Source: a bacterium (GTDB lineage: Bacteria; Ratteibacteria; UBA8468; B48-G9; JAFGKM01). Taken from it: DNA of 34,786 nucleotides. The first letter of the stretch is position 1. Every line of letters begins with the position of its first letter. The stretch covers positions 1 to 34,786 of the forward strand of contig JAOAEP010000095.1 in the NCBI GenBank assembly GCA_026416755.1. The letters are read 5' to 3'. Positions 9,592-18,582 of the stretch are shown piece by piece. A model generated the notes under the pieces. That model was not told the origin of the DNA. It saw only the letters and a list, made by a program, of their open reading frames with translations, and made no database searches. Made by a program: the position numbers and the translations under genes.

Positions 9592-11287
9592 ATATTTTTT
9601 TAAGTGTTTCAAAAACTGATTTTTTACTTCTATTAAATGACACAACTCCTTTATGATTTATTTCATCTGCCCAAAATCTAACAATTGACTTACTTGGGTC
9701 AGGATAATCATTAAAAGAAAATGGAAAATAGCCTATAATCTGTTGGAATTTTTTGAAAATTTTAAAACTTTCTTCCAATAAAGCAGAATGATAATCTTCA
9801 GAACCTAAAACAAAACCAGAAAAACGGAAGCCTGGTAAACTATCAGCACCAAATTCAGTAATTGCAACTGGTATTTTATGTCTATTGAAAAATTCTCTAA
9901 GTTTTATTTCAAGAATTGTTAAATCTAACTTTTCTTCTTTCCAGTTTTCATAATTTTTACCAAGTTTATCATACCAGCCAAAATATTCATTAAGTCCAAT
10001 TATATCAAGTTTTTTAAAGAATCCTTCTTCCTCTTTTCTCATCAAAATAAGAGATGCATAACTTATAAACCTATTCCTTTCAAGTTTTCTTGCAAATTCA
10101 ATTAATCTATCAAAGAAATCTTTTGCTCCAGGCAAAAAAGTACTATTTTCATTTCCAATTGACCATGTAATTATTGAGGGATGGTGAGAATAATAATTAA
10201 ATGTTTCTTGAAAATATTGTTCTGCTAATTTATAATTTTCTTCCTTTACAAAAAAATCATCTGGTATTCCTGCATACTTTTCAAGACAATATATAGGAAT
10301 ATCACACCATACCATAAGCCCTTCTTTATCACATAAACTAAAAAATTCTTCAGATAAGGGAAAATGGACTCTTATAGTGTTTACTCCAAGTTCTTTAATT
10401 AATTTTATATCCTCTTCTATCATCTCTTTTGTAAAAACAAGGCCACCAATAGGATTTATTGGTAAATAATTTATTCCCTTTAACTTTATCTCTTTACCAT
10501 TTAAAAAAATTTTATAATCAACAATTTTAAGTTCCCTTACACCAAATTCTTTCTCAATTTTATCAAGTAAATCTCCATTTTTATCAATTATCTTAAATAA
10601 AAATTTATAAACTTTGGGAAAATCAGGAGACCATTTTTTTAAATTATGCAGAGGGAATTTTAACTCTCCTGAAAAATCATCTATTTTATCCTTTTTTTCA
10701 TAAATAACAGTTTCCCCATCCAAAATATTTAAATAATAATACAATTCATTCCTATTTTTACCTTTAATTTCGTAATTAATTATCCCTTCTTCATTTTCAA
10801 AATTTAAAATTAACTTGTCAATTCTAATTTTTCTTGAAATTTTTATATACACAGGTCTATGTATTCCACCATAGTTAAACCAACCAACAACATATGGCAT
10901 TCTCAAAAGATGTCTTCTATTATCAACTTTTACTACAAGAACATTTTTTCCTTCTCTTATTTTTTCGGTAATGTCAAAAGAAAAAGGAGTATATCCACCT
11001 TCATGATAACCAATCTTTTCTCCATTTAAATAAACTTCACAAATATAATTGACACCTTCAAAACAAATTTCTGAAATAAAATCTTTTTTAAAATTATCAA
11101 TATAAAATTCCTTTGCAAACCATACCACTCCTTCATAAAGATAATATTTTTCTCGATATAAATTCCAAACAGAAGGAATATATATCGTTTCCCAATAATC
11201 TCTTGGGAAATCGGGATTAAAATACGGAGTTACAATTACTCCCATATCAATAGTAAATTTCCATACTCCATTTAAATTTAGAATCAT
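9578..11287 (-). CDS. Glycoside hydrolase family 2 (beta-galactosidase/beta-glucuronidase-like), cytoplasmic
   Basis: 569 aa. Motifs: LNGVWKF, NGEKIGYHEGGYTPFSFDIT, GIHRPVYI, WSIGNENS (acid/base NE), ITEFGADS (nucleophile E). GGGAGG RBS. No signal peptide. Confidence 0.85.
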   Translation of the reverse strand: MILNLNGVWKFTIDMGVIVTPYFNPDFPRDYWETIYIPSVWNLYREKYYLYEGVVWFAKEFYIDNFKKDFISEICFEGVNYICEVYLNGEKIGYHEGGYTPFSFDITEKIREGKNVLVVKVDNRRHLLRMPYVVGWFNYGGIHRPVYIKISRKIRIDKLILNFENEEGIINYEIKGKNRNELYYYLNILDGETVIYEKKDKIDDFSGELKFPLHNLKKWSPDFPKVYKFLFKIIDKNGDLLDKIEKEFGVRELKIVDYKIFLNGKEIKLKGINYLPINPIGGLVFTKEMIEEDIKLIKELGVNTIRVHFPLSEEFFSLCDKEGLMVWCDIPIYCLEKYAGIPDDFFVKEENYKLAEQYFQETFNYYSHHPSIITWSIGNENSTFLPGAKDFFDRLIEFARKLERNRFISYASLILMRKEEEGFFKKLDIIGLNEYFGWYDKLGKNYENWKEEKLDLTILEIKLREFFNRHKIPVAITEFGADSLPGFRFSGFVLGSEDYHSALLEESFKIFKKFQQIIGYFPFSFNDYPDPSKSIVRFWADEINHKGVVSFNRSKKSVFETLKKIYEEI

Positions 11288-11394
11288 TTATACCTCCCTA
11301 TTTCTTTTTTTATTTATCGGTACTTAAAATTTCTGAAGATATATTCCAAAAAGTGTAATTTTATCACCAAAAAGTCCCTTATATTCTCTTAAAT

Positions 11395-11730
11395 CTATAT
11401 GTTAAAATCAACTACTTTTTCCATAATTTCAACAACTAAATCTTTTTCTTCAATAAATAGTGGTAACCCATTTTCAAAACCAAAAGTCCTTTCAAGAATA
11501 AACCATGCTGGTTCTTCAATAGTTAAAGCAATAAAATCACCTTTTGTTCTTCCTTCTAAATAAGTTCTTATTAAATCTTCTCTTAAATACTCAATAGGGT
11601 CTATATCTTCAGGAATTCCTTCTTTTTTCCATCTTTCAATAGTTTTAGGCCAGAAAGAAATCTTACAAATTGGAACTCTATCAGGAATTTTTCCCTCTAA
11701 AACCATTCTTATTCTTTCTGATGAACTCAT
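11395..11730 (-). pseudogene. Truncated URO-D-like (uroporphyrinogen decarboxylase/MtaA superfamily) gene fragment, N-terminal ~110 codons only
   Basis: MSSSERIRMVLEGKIPDRVP matches the N-termini of the two full-length paralogues (MNSRERILSALENKDVDRVP; SKRERVERTLIFEDVDRV). The ORF stops after 111 aa and is followed by 107 nt of non-coding sequence before the GH2 gene. Confidence 0.6.
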
Positions 11731-11751
11731 TCTTTTTCTCCTTTTTATTTC

Positions 11752-12963
11752 TTAGCAATATTTTTTATAAATTTCTATCATTTTTTTAACATTTTCATAA
11801 GGTGTATCAGGAAAGAGAGAATCAACAGGAGATAAAATAACTCCTTTTTTTCCATAAATCTCAATTACATCCTTAATTTGTTTTTCTATTTCTTTTTCAT
11901 TACCATTTTTTAAAGTGAGAGTACTATTTATTCCACCCGCAATACAAAATTTATTTTTTACTTTTTCCTTCATTTCATTTAAATCAATTTTATCAAACAC
12001 AGGGTCAAAAAAATAAAGAAGGTCAATACCAACATTAGCAAAATCACCAATAAAATTCATAATTCCTGTTGTCATTATATATGCAAATTTTTTACCTGCT
12101 TGATGAACTAAATCAACTGATTTTTTCAAAATTGGTAAAACATATTTTTTAAATAAAGAAGGAGACCAAAAATCAGTTGAACTATACCATCCCCTTTGAA
12201 CTATTATATCTACTTCTCCTTCTTCAATTGCTATTTCTGTTCTCATTAAATCAAATTTAAAAATTAAATCTATAACTTCTTTGAAAAATTCTCCCTCTGT
12301 CATTGCTTTAAAAATCGCGTTTTCAATACCCATTAAATATATAACTCCATCCATTCCTAATAAAGTATGTCCTTGAACACAAACAGGTATTTCTGATTTA
12401 AATTTTTTTATTAATTTTATTTTTTCTCTGTAATCTTCTAATTGCTGTTTTGTAGGCGGTCGTAATAAATATTCAATTTTTTCTAAATCACTTTCTTCAG
12501 AAATAGGAAATTTTTCGCTCCTTGGCAAATTTAAGTCATCTATAAGAACACAGTTATCTCTTTGTATAGGCCAACCATTAGGAATTATTTCTTCCTTTTT
12601 TTTCACCTTTTGATAAATTGAACCTTTAGGGGTTTTATATTCTCTTATCATTAAATTTTTCTCTTTATAATCCTTTATTTCAACTTCTTTACTTATACTC
12701 CATGGTACAGAAATATCAATAATATCATCAATTCCAATAGATAACCATCTTTTAACCCTTTCAAACTCATCAAATATTGTCCATTCTTGAGGTAATCTAT
12801 GTATATGTTCAAGTCGCATTGTATACCAGTATTTTACTTCTTTACCATTTCTATTCCATCTTAATGATTTATCAGGAGAAAACCCAAAACACCAGCAATA
12901 CAAAGGAACTCTATCAACATCCTTATTTTCTAAAGCAGATAATATTCTTTCTCTTGAATTCAT
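11752..12963 (-). CDS. URO-D-like (uroporphyrinogen decarboxylase superfamily) protein of unknown function
   Basis: 403 aa. N-terminal RERILSALENKDVDRVPLY is typical of the URO-D/MtaA-like TIM-barrel family. It lies 2 nt from the upstream gene. Confidence 0.6.
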   Translation of the reverse strand: MNSRERILSALENKDVDRVPLYCWCFGFSPDKSLRWNRNGKEVKYWYTMRLEHIHRLPQEWTIFDEFERVKRWLSIGIDDIIDISVPWSISKEVEIKDYKEKNLMIREYKTPKGSIYQKVKKKEEIIPNGWPIQRDNCVLIDDLNLPRSEKFPISEESDLEKIEYLLRPPTKQQLEDYREKIKLIKKFKSEIPVCVQGHTLLGMDGVIYLMGIENAIFKAMTEGEFFKEVIDLIFKFDLMRTEIAIEEGEVDIIVQRGWYSSTDFWSPSLFKKYVLPILKKSVDLVHQAGKKFAYIMTTGIMNFIGDFANVGIDLLYFFDPVFDKIDLNEMKEKVKNKFCIAGGINSTLTLKNGNEKEIEKQIKDVIEIYGKKGVILSPVDSLFPDTPYENVKKMIEIYKKYC

Positions 12964-12965
12964 TT

Positions 12966-14270
12966 TTATCCCTTTCTTACATACTTAACCTTTATATTTT
13001 TAAATAATTCTTCTATTTCATCGCCAACATGTCCATATCCTATCATCCAGTGATGTCCAAAACCATATTCTTCAATAATTTTCAAAAATTCCTCAATTTT
13101 AAGTGGTAACATAATCTTAACAGGGTTGCCTGGAAAAACCATATCTGTCTTTATTGCTTTACCTTGAATAATAAAACTTCTGAAATTGTCCCTTCCTCCA
13201 ACTAAATTGATAAGTGTAACATCTCCTTCTTTTGATGGGAATTGACAACAAACTCCCTTATTTGCAAGACGAACTGATGAAAGTATTATTTTTCCTTTTT
13301 CTTCTGCAAGTGAAAAACTACTGCTTCCACAATGAGAAAATATTGCCCAATTTTCATTAAAATTTATGTCAAGTAAATCAGTATTATTAACAGGATTTCC
13401 TGTAAATTTATAGAGTATAAATGTAGCAATTAGAGAATTTACATCTCCTTCACAGGAAGAAACTATTCCTTCTTCTGATAATAAAGAAAAAGCAAGACAA
13501 ATATCACCCATTAGTTCTGGATAACATTCAACGGTTATTCCATCTATATCTTCTTCTTTTACCCATCTTTTTAAAGCAATGTAAAACTTTATTGAATCAA
13601 TTAATGCCTTTTCTTGAACTTCTATCTTCTCAACACTCTTTTTTAAAAACTGAATTATATCTAAAATCTCTTTTTTTCTTACTTTTTCTTTCATTAATTT
13701 TAAACTATCAATATCTAAAAAAATCATTCTTGGACCAAAAATTCTCTTAATTCCAATCTCATCATAAGCAATCTCAGTCATACCTTTTATTCTATGACCA
13801 ATTAGACCAAACTTTGATTTTGATAATCTATTTTTTAAAGCAATTATTTTTGAATAAGATATTATTTCCTTATACACATCTTCATCTTCAATATCTCCAA
13901 AAACAAATTTATAGGGTATGTCTATTTCTTTTAAAACAGAACATATCTGTTGACCTCCGCAAAGAGAACCATAATGGATTCCAGGGATAGCCCATATAAT
14001 AACAGGTAATTTAATTTCACTTAAAAGGTCAAGAATTAAAGTATCATCACTCCATGTAGCAAGTAAAACACAGAAAAGGTCAATTTCTTTGTCTTTAAAA
14101 AATTCTATTCCTTTTTTAAGTGTTTCTCTATTATCAATAACTCTGTCAAGGATAACAACATTTACCTTTTCAGATAATCTATACCCAGCAATTTTTAAAA
14201 GTGCTTCTCCTCTTTCAGCCCCAACCTCAAATTTACTTCTTATAACAAAAAACCCAATTTTACCTGACAT
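12966..14270 (-). CDS. L-fucose/L-arabinose isomerase-family sugar isomerase
   Basis: 434 aa. N-terminal KIGFFVI...DLFCVLLATWSDD...PVIIWAIPG and C-terminal GFGHHWMIGYGHVGDEIEEL resemble FucI-related (COG2407-type) proteins. AAAGG RBS. Confidence 0.55.
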   Translation of the reverse strand: MSGKIGFFVIRSKFEVGAERGEALLKIAGYRLSEKVNVVILDRVIDNRETLKKGIEFFKDKEIDLFCVLLATWSDDTLILDLLSEIKLPVIIWAIPGIHYGSLCGGQQICSVLKEIDIPYKFVFGDIEDEDVYKEIISYSKIIALKNRLSKSKFGLIGHRIKGMTEIAYDEIGIKRIFGPRMIFLDIDSLKLMKEKVRKKEILDIIQFLKKSVEKIEVQEKALIDSIKFYIALKRWVKEEDIDGITVECYPELMGDICLAFSLLSEEGIVSSCEGDVNSLIATFILYKFTGNPVNNTDLLDINFNENWAIFSHCGSSSFSLAEEKGKIILSSVRLANKGVCCQFPSKEGDVTLINLVGGRDNFRSFIIQGKAIKTDMVFPGNPVKIMLPLKIEEFLKIIEEYGFGHHWMIGYGHVGDEIEELFKNIKVKYVRKG

Positions 14271-14358
14271 AATTACCTTTCATTTAAAAACTTTTCATTT
14301 TTTATACTTTTTACCGTCTCAATCATTTTAATAAAGTTTTTAAATTTTATCATTGTAT

Positions 14359-15279
14359 TTACCTTGATGTTCCTATGAAAAGTCCTCCTTTATTTAAAGC
14401 ATTTGTTTCATATATTTGTCTTTTTACTTCTTTTTCTACATCATAAATACTCCCTCTTTCCATTAAATTAACACCATCAACACCACCAGCCCAGATAATA
14501 TTGGGATATTTGTTTTTTAATTCAACTATATCCATTCCACAAGATAATTCAAGACAGTAAAATCCATCCACTCCTATTTTTATAAAATCATCAATTAAAA
14601 TTTTATAATTTCCATCACTGTGATAGATTACTTTAATTCCATAAGCATGCCATACATCAATCTGTTTTTTAAGATATGGGAAAAAATATCTTTTATAAAA
14701 TTCAGGAGAAAAAATAGGCCCTGTTTTTGATGCAATATCATCTGGAATTAAAATAACAGGGAATAATTTTAAAACTCCAATTAAATCTGCCTTTTTTACT
14801 TCATATTCGGTCCTAAATTCAAAATATTCTTCAATAATTTCTGGCTCATCATATATTAAATAAGTAAGTGGTTCTATTAATCCATGATTCCATAGTTCGC
14901 ATAAACCAACACTTGTAGGATAATCACATATTACAGTATCATCTCCTATTAGTTTTTTGATATTTAAAATCTTTTCTTTATCTATATCTGGCGATTTTAT
15001 TACCCAGGTGCTCCAATAATCATCCTGGTATATTGTTCCATATTCTTCTACCCATCTTTTTCTTCCTTTTGGAGGAAATGAAGGAAATGTCATATCAAGT
15101 GTTTTCCTTATAACTTCACATATATCATTTAAAGAATAATTAAAACCATTTATTTTTCTACCAGTGTAAAAAGAGATAACCTCTGGATTATAACTTACTT
15201 GATCATGAATTGCCACTCTATCCACATCTTCAAAAATTAATGTTCTTTCAACTCTTTCTCTTTTTGATAATTCTTTCAT
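14359..15279 (-). CDS. URO-D-like (uroporphyrinogen decarboxylase superfamily) protein of unknown function
   Basis: 306 aa. Motifs: KRERVERTLIFEDVDRVAIHD and IKVIYHSDGNYKILIDDFIKIGVDGFYCLE, the latter in the position of the HxCGN block of MtaA-like enzymes. 4-nt overlap with the GH42-like gene. Confidence 0.6.
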   Translation of the reverse strand: MKELSKRERVERTLIFEDVDRVAIHDQVSYNPEVISFYTGRKINGFNYSLNDICEVIRKTLDMTFPSFPPKGRKRWVEEYGTIYQDDYWSTWVIKSPDIDKEKILNIKKLIGDDTVICDYPTSVGLCELWNHGLIEPLTYLIYDEPEIIEEYFEFRTEYEVKKADLIGVLKLFPVILIPDDIASKTGPIFSPEFYKRYFFPYLKKQIDVWHAYGIKVIYHSDGNYKILIDDFIKIGVDGFYCLELSCGMDIVELKNKYPNIIWAGGVDGVNLMERGSIYDVEKEVKRQIYETNALNKGGLFIGTSR

Positions 15280-17411
15280 ATTTTTTTCAATATTTTTACT
15301 GAAAGTGGCTCAATAAGTAATTCTTTTTTATATTGTTTTTCAAATATATCAATATATTTATCGCCAATTTTCAAACTTACTTTTTCATTTGTTGGATTTA
15401 TCAAAAACAAAATTTCATCTTTTTTATAAATCTTTTTTCTATATAAAACTTTACCAATTTTATTTTTTCTTAAATTTAAACTATCTAAAAGTTTTTCAAG
15501 GAATTTTTCTGTATCTTTATCTTCATAAGTTAAAATTGAATGCCCTAATAAAGTTCCTATAAGAAAAACTTTTCCTTCTCCATATTTTTTTACCACTCCA
15601 CAGGTATCTCTTTTATAAATTAAAATCTCTTCTCCATCAAAACACTTAAATGTTTGAATATATAAATTTGGTAAAACTCTATATTTATAAAATTGACCCT
15701 CTCCTTCAAGATATTCACAATTCACATATTCAATCCATGTCGGTTCTTCAGCAGTCCATAAATTTATACCTTTTTCCCTAACCATAAATAAATTTTTATG
15801 CTCTACACCCCAAAATTTAGGATCTATAATCTTTTCTTTCCTTGCAAATCCATACTTTGTATATCTTCCAGGACATGCCTCTGAAATCAAAACTCCACCT
15901 TCTTCAACATATTTCTTCAACTTTTCAAATGTTTTATCATCAATGGAAATGGGAAATGGCAGAAAAACTATTTTGTATTTATTAATATTTTCAATATATT
16001 CTTTATTTAAAAAATCAACCCAAATCCCATTTTTCCATAAAAATTTATAAATACCTCTTATTGTATATATTAAATGTTGAGTTGCTTTACCTTCTTTTAT
16101 AGGTATACATTCAAGAAAATTAAACTTATCTTCATCTATTAATATTGCAAATTCATTATCTTCCATTTTACCTTCTGAAAAAATTTCTCCATACTTATTG
16201 ATTATCTTTGATATCTTACCTGACTCTTTTGCTCTTTCTGTTAATTTCCCATCAAAATCAATAAGGCCAAATCCATATGCTTCCTGCCAAAAAATTTCTT
16301 CTTTGTGATTCCAAAAACATAATCCATTTATTCCAGTTGATAATGCAGTTAATACCCATCTTCTTATATCTTCTTTATTTGGAACTCTTCCTCTATTTAA
16401 AAAAGAAACAATTGGTCCTCCTTGAAATTCTGCAGCCCAATATTTTTTACCCATACATGCACTTCTTATATAATCAAACTTAAAAGAAATATTATTCCAC
16501 ATTTGAAATAATTTAATTTCATTTTCAGAATAGTCATTTTTATCCCATCTATCTTTTACACTCCAATCTGGATATACTGAACAACCGTAAAAATCAATAC
16601 TTTCCGCAAATTTCCAATCTTGTCCACTACCTATATATGGAAAAGCAACATGAGCAAAAATTGGTCTATTATGTTCATCATTTTCTTTTATAACTTTATA
16701 TTTGAATTTTAAAACTTCTGCCAAATAAACATTGTTCATATAATATTTAAAATCTATAATAGAGGGAACGGATGAATAATATCTTGGGGGTTCTATTTCA
16801 TTCCAATTTCCAAAACCTGTTTTCCAAGTTTCATTTAATTTTTCCAAAGAACCATATTTTTCTTCTAACCATTTCCTAAATTTATCAAGTGTATATTGAC
16901 AATAACAAAAGCCAATTTTACCAGGATACATAGGCCAAAAACCTATTTCTTGCCATATATTCCATGCAATTATATTTTTATATTTTGATATTTTTTTTAT
17001 AACCTCTCTCAAAAACCTTTCTGCTTCTTTTCTTATACCCGGATTATTCCAACAAGGACCTGGTTTTCCATCCGCTGGCAAAAGATATTGAGTTGGGTCT
17101 TTATGTATTGTCCCATCATTATAAATAAGATATGCATCAGGATACTTTTTCCATAACCAAGCAGGTGCTTGTTCTAATGTGAAACCGAAATAAACGTATA
17201 GATTTAATCTTTCAGTATCTTTAATTATTTTTTCAATTCTTGAAATATCAATTTCGCCTTCATTTTTTTCATCAATTGCCCAGGACTGTTGAATTTTAAC
17301 CATATTAAATCCAAGTTTTTTTAAAATCTTTAAATCATTTTTTATTTCTTCAATAGGTAAAGAAGGTTCTCTATAAATATGGCATCCATAAGGAAAAAAT
17401 TTTTTATTCAT
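15276..17411 (-). CDS. GH42-like beta-galactosidase (TIM barrel plus trimerisation-like domain), cytoplasmic
   Basis: 711 aa with no signal peptide. Motifs: LKKLGFNMVKIQQSWA, NIIAWNIWQEIGF, YWAAEFQGGP. C-terminal half contains VEEGGVLISEACPG, like the GH42 amidotransferase-like domain. Confidence 0.55.
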   Translation of the reverse strand: MNKKFFPYGCHIYREPSLPIEEIKNDLKILKKLGFNMVKIQQSWAIDEKNEGEIDISRIEKIIKDTERLNLYVYFGFTLEQAPAWLWKKYPDAYLIYNDGTIHKDPTQYLLPADGKPGPCWNNPGIRKEAERFLREVIKKISKYKNIIAWNIWQEIGFWPMYPGKIGFCYCQYTLDKFRKWLEEKYGSLEKLNETWKTGFGNWNEIEPPRYYSSVPSIIDFKYYMNNVYLAEVLKFKYKVIKENDEHNRPIFAHVAFPYIGSGQDWKFAESIDFYGCSVYPDWSVKDRWDKNDYSENEIKLFQMWNNISFKFDYIRSACMGKKYWAAEFQGGPIVSFLNRGRVPNKEDIRRWVLTALSTGINGLCFWNHKEEIFWQEAYGFGLIDFDGKLTERAKESGKISKIINKYGEIFSEGKMEDNEFAILIDEDKFNFLECIPIKEGKATQHLIYTIRGIYKFLWKNGIWVDFLNKEYIENINKYKIVFLPFPISIDDKTFEKLKKYVEEGGVLISEACPGRYTKYGFARKEKIIDPKFWGVEHKNLFMVREKGINLWTAEEPTWIEYVNCEYLEGEGQFYKYRVLPNLYIQTFKCFDGEEILIYKRDTCGVVKKYGEGKVFLIGTLLGHSILTYEDKDTEKFLEKLLDSLNLRKNKIGKVLYRKKIYKKDEILFLINPTNEKVSLKIGDKYIDIFEKQYKKELLIEPLSVKILKKI

Positions 17412-18582
17412 TTTTTAAATCCTTTAATACCTTTTTAAACATCTTTATTTTCTCTTTTATTTCTTTTTCCTTCCAATCAGGATTAACTGGAACAATAACT
17501 GTCTTACTTAAATTCTCTATTGACTTTGGATACATTTCTTTTGTAAATGTATGCCTTAAATCTTTATTTTCTGGGAAATTATATGGGTTTAATACATCTT
17601 TATGCCATATCCTTTTTTCTATAATTGGTTTCCAGTCAAACCAGACATGTTTTTTTGAATCAATTGGTCTATATCCACCTGCGTTTAAAGCAAATTTTTT
17701 AGCAATATTCTCGTCTTCAAATCTAAAGGGTATCATAACTCCACAATCTCCATTTATATCATTTGAAGGAGCAAATTTAAAACCCTTAATTTCTCTAAGT
17801 TCTTCCATAATTCTTCTTTTATTTTTCCTTAAATCCTTTAAAATTTTATCCAGTCGTTTTAACTGCACCCTCATTATTGCTCCCATTATTTCATCTGCTC
17901 TAAATTGTAATCCTAAAAATATAGGTATTGAAAATTCACTAGCATAAGGTCTAAAAGCAGTTCCACTATCATGAAAAATACTTGCTTTCTCATATAAAAT
18001 CCTATCATTTGTTACTAAACAACCACCTTCTCCACAACTTATTATTTTAAACCAGTTGAAACTATAAGCACCTGCATCTCCAATACTACCAAGCCGTTTA
18101 CCTTTATAACTTCCTCCAACTGCTTGGCACGCATCCTCAAGGACTTTTAGGTTATATTTTTTTGCAATGTCCAAAATTTTATCCATATTACAAGGAAATC
18201 CAACCATATGAACAGGAATAACTGCTTTTGTATTTTTTGTAATTTTTTTCTCTAAATCTATAGGGTCAATAGTACATGTCTCATCTACCTCAACAACTAC
18301 TGGAATTGCTCCTACCATTAAAACACTTGTTGCTGTTGCCATAAAAGTATAGGAAGGAATTAAAACTTCATCACCTGGCCCTATATCAAGACCAACAAGT
18401 CCGCATATTAAAGCAGCAGTTCCACCTCCTGACATAAGTAAAGCATATTTTGTACCAATTTTTTTTGCCCATTCTTCCTCAAATTTATCACATTCTCCTT
18501 TCCTTTTTTTTACTCTAAAAAGTTCTTTGCTCTTTATTACTTTTTCAACTGCTTTTACTTCCTCTTTCCCTATTCTATACAT
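17404..18582 (-). CDS. DegT/DnrJ/EryC1/StrS-family PLP-dependent sugar aminotransferase
   Basis: 392 aa. Motifs: ALLMSGGGTAALICGL, GDEVLIPSYTFMATA, AYSFNWFKIISCGEGGCLVTND (PLP-Lys block). GGAGG RBS. 8-nt overlaps with both neighbouring genes. Confidence 0.85.
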   Translation of the reverse strand: MYRIGKEEVKAVEKVIKSKELFRVKKRKGECDKFEEEWAKKIGTKYALLMSGGGTAALICGLVGLDIGPGDEVLIPSYTFMATATSVLMVGAIPVVVEVDETCTIDPIDLEKKITKNTKAVIPVHMVGFPCNMDKILDIAKKYNLKVLEDACQAVGGSYKGKRLGSIGDAGAYSFNWFKIISCGEGGCLVTNDRILYEKASIFHDSGTAFRPYASEFSIPIFLGLQFRADEIMGAIMRVQLKRLDKILKDLRKNKRRIMEELREIKGFKFAPSNDINGDCGVMIPFRFEDENIAKKFALNAGGYRPIDSKKHVWFDWKPIIEKRIWHKDVLNPYNFPENKDLRHTFTKEMYPKSIENLSKTVIVPVNPDWKEKEIKEKIKMFKKVLKDLKNE

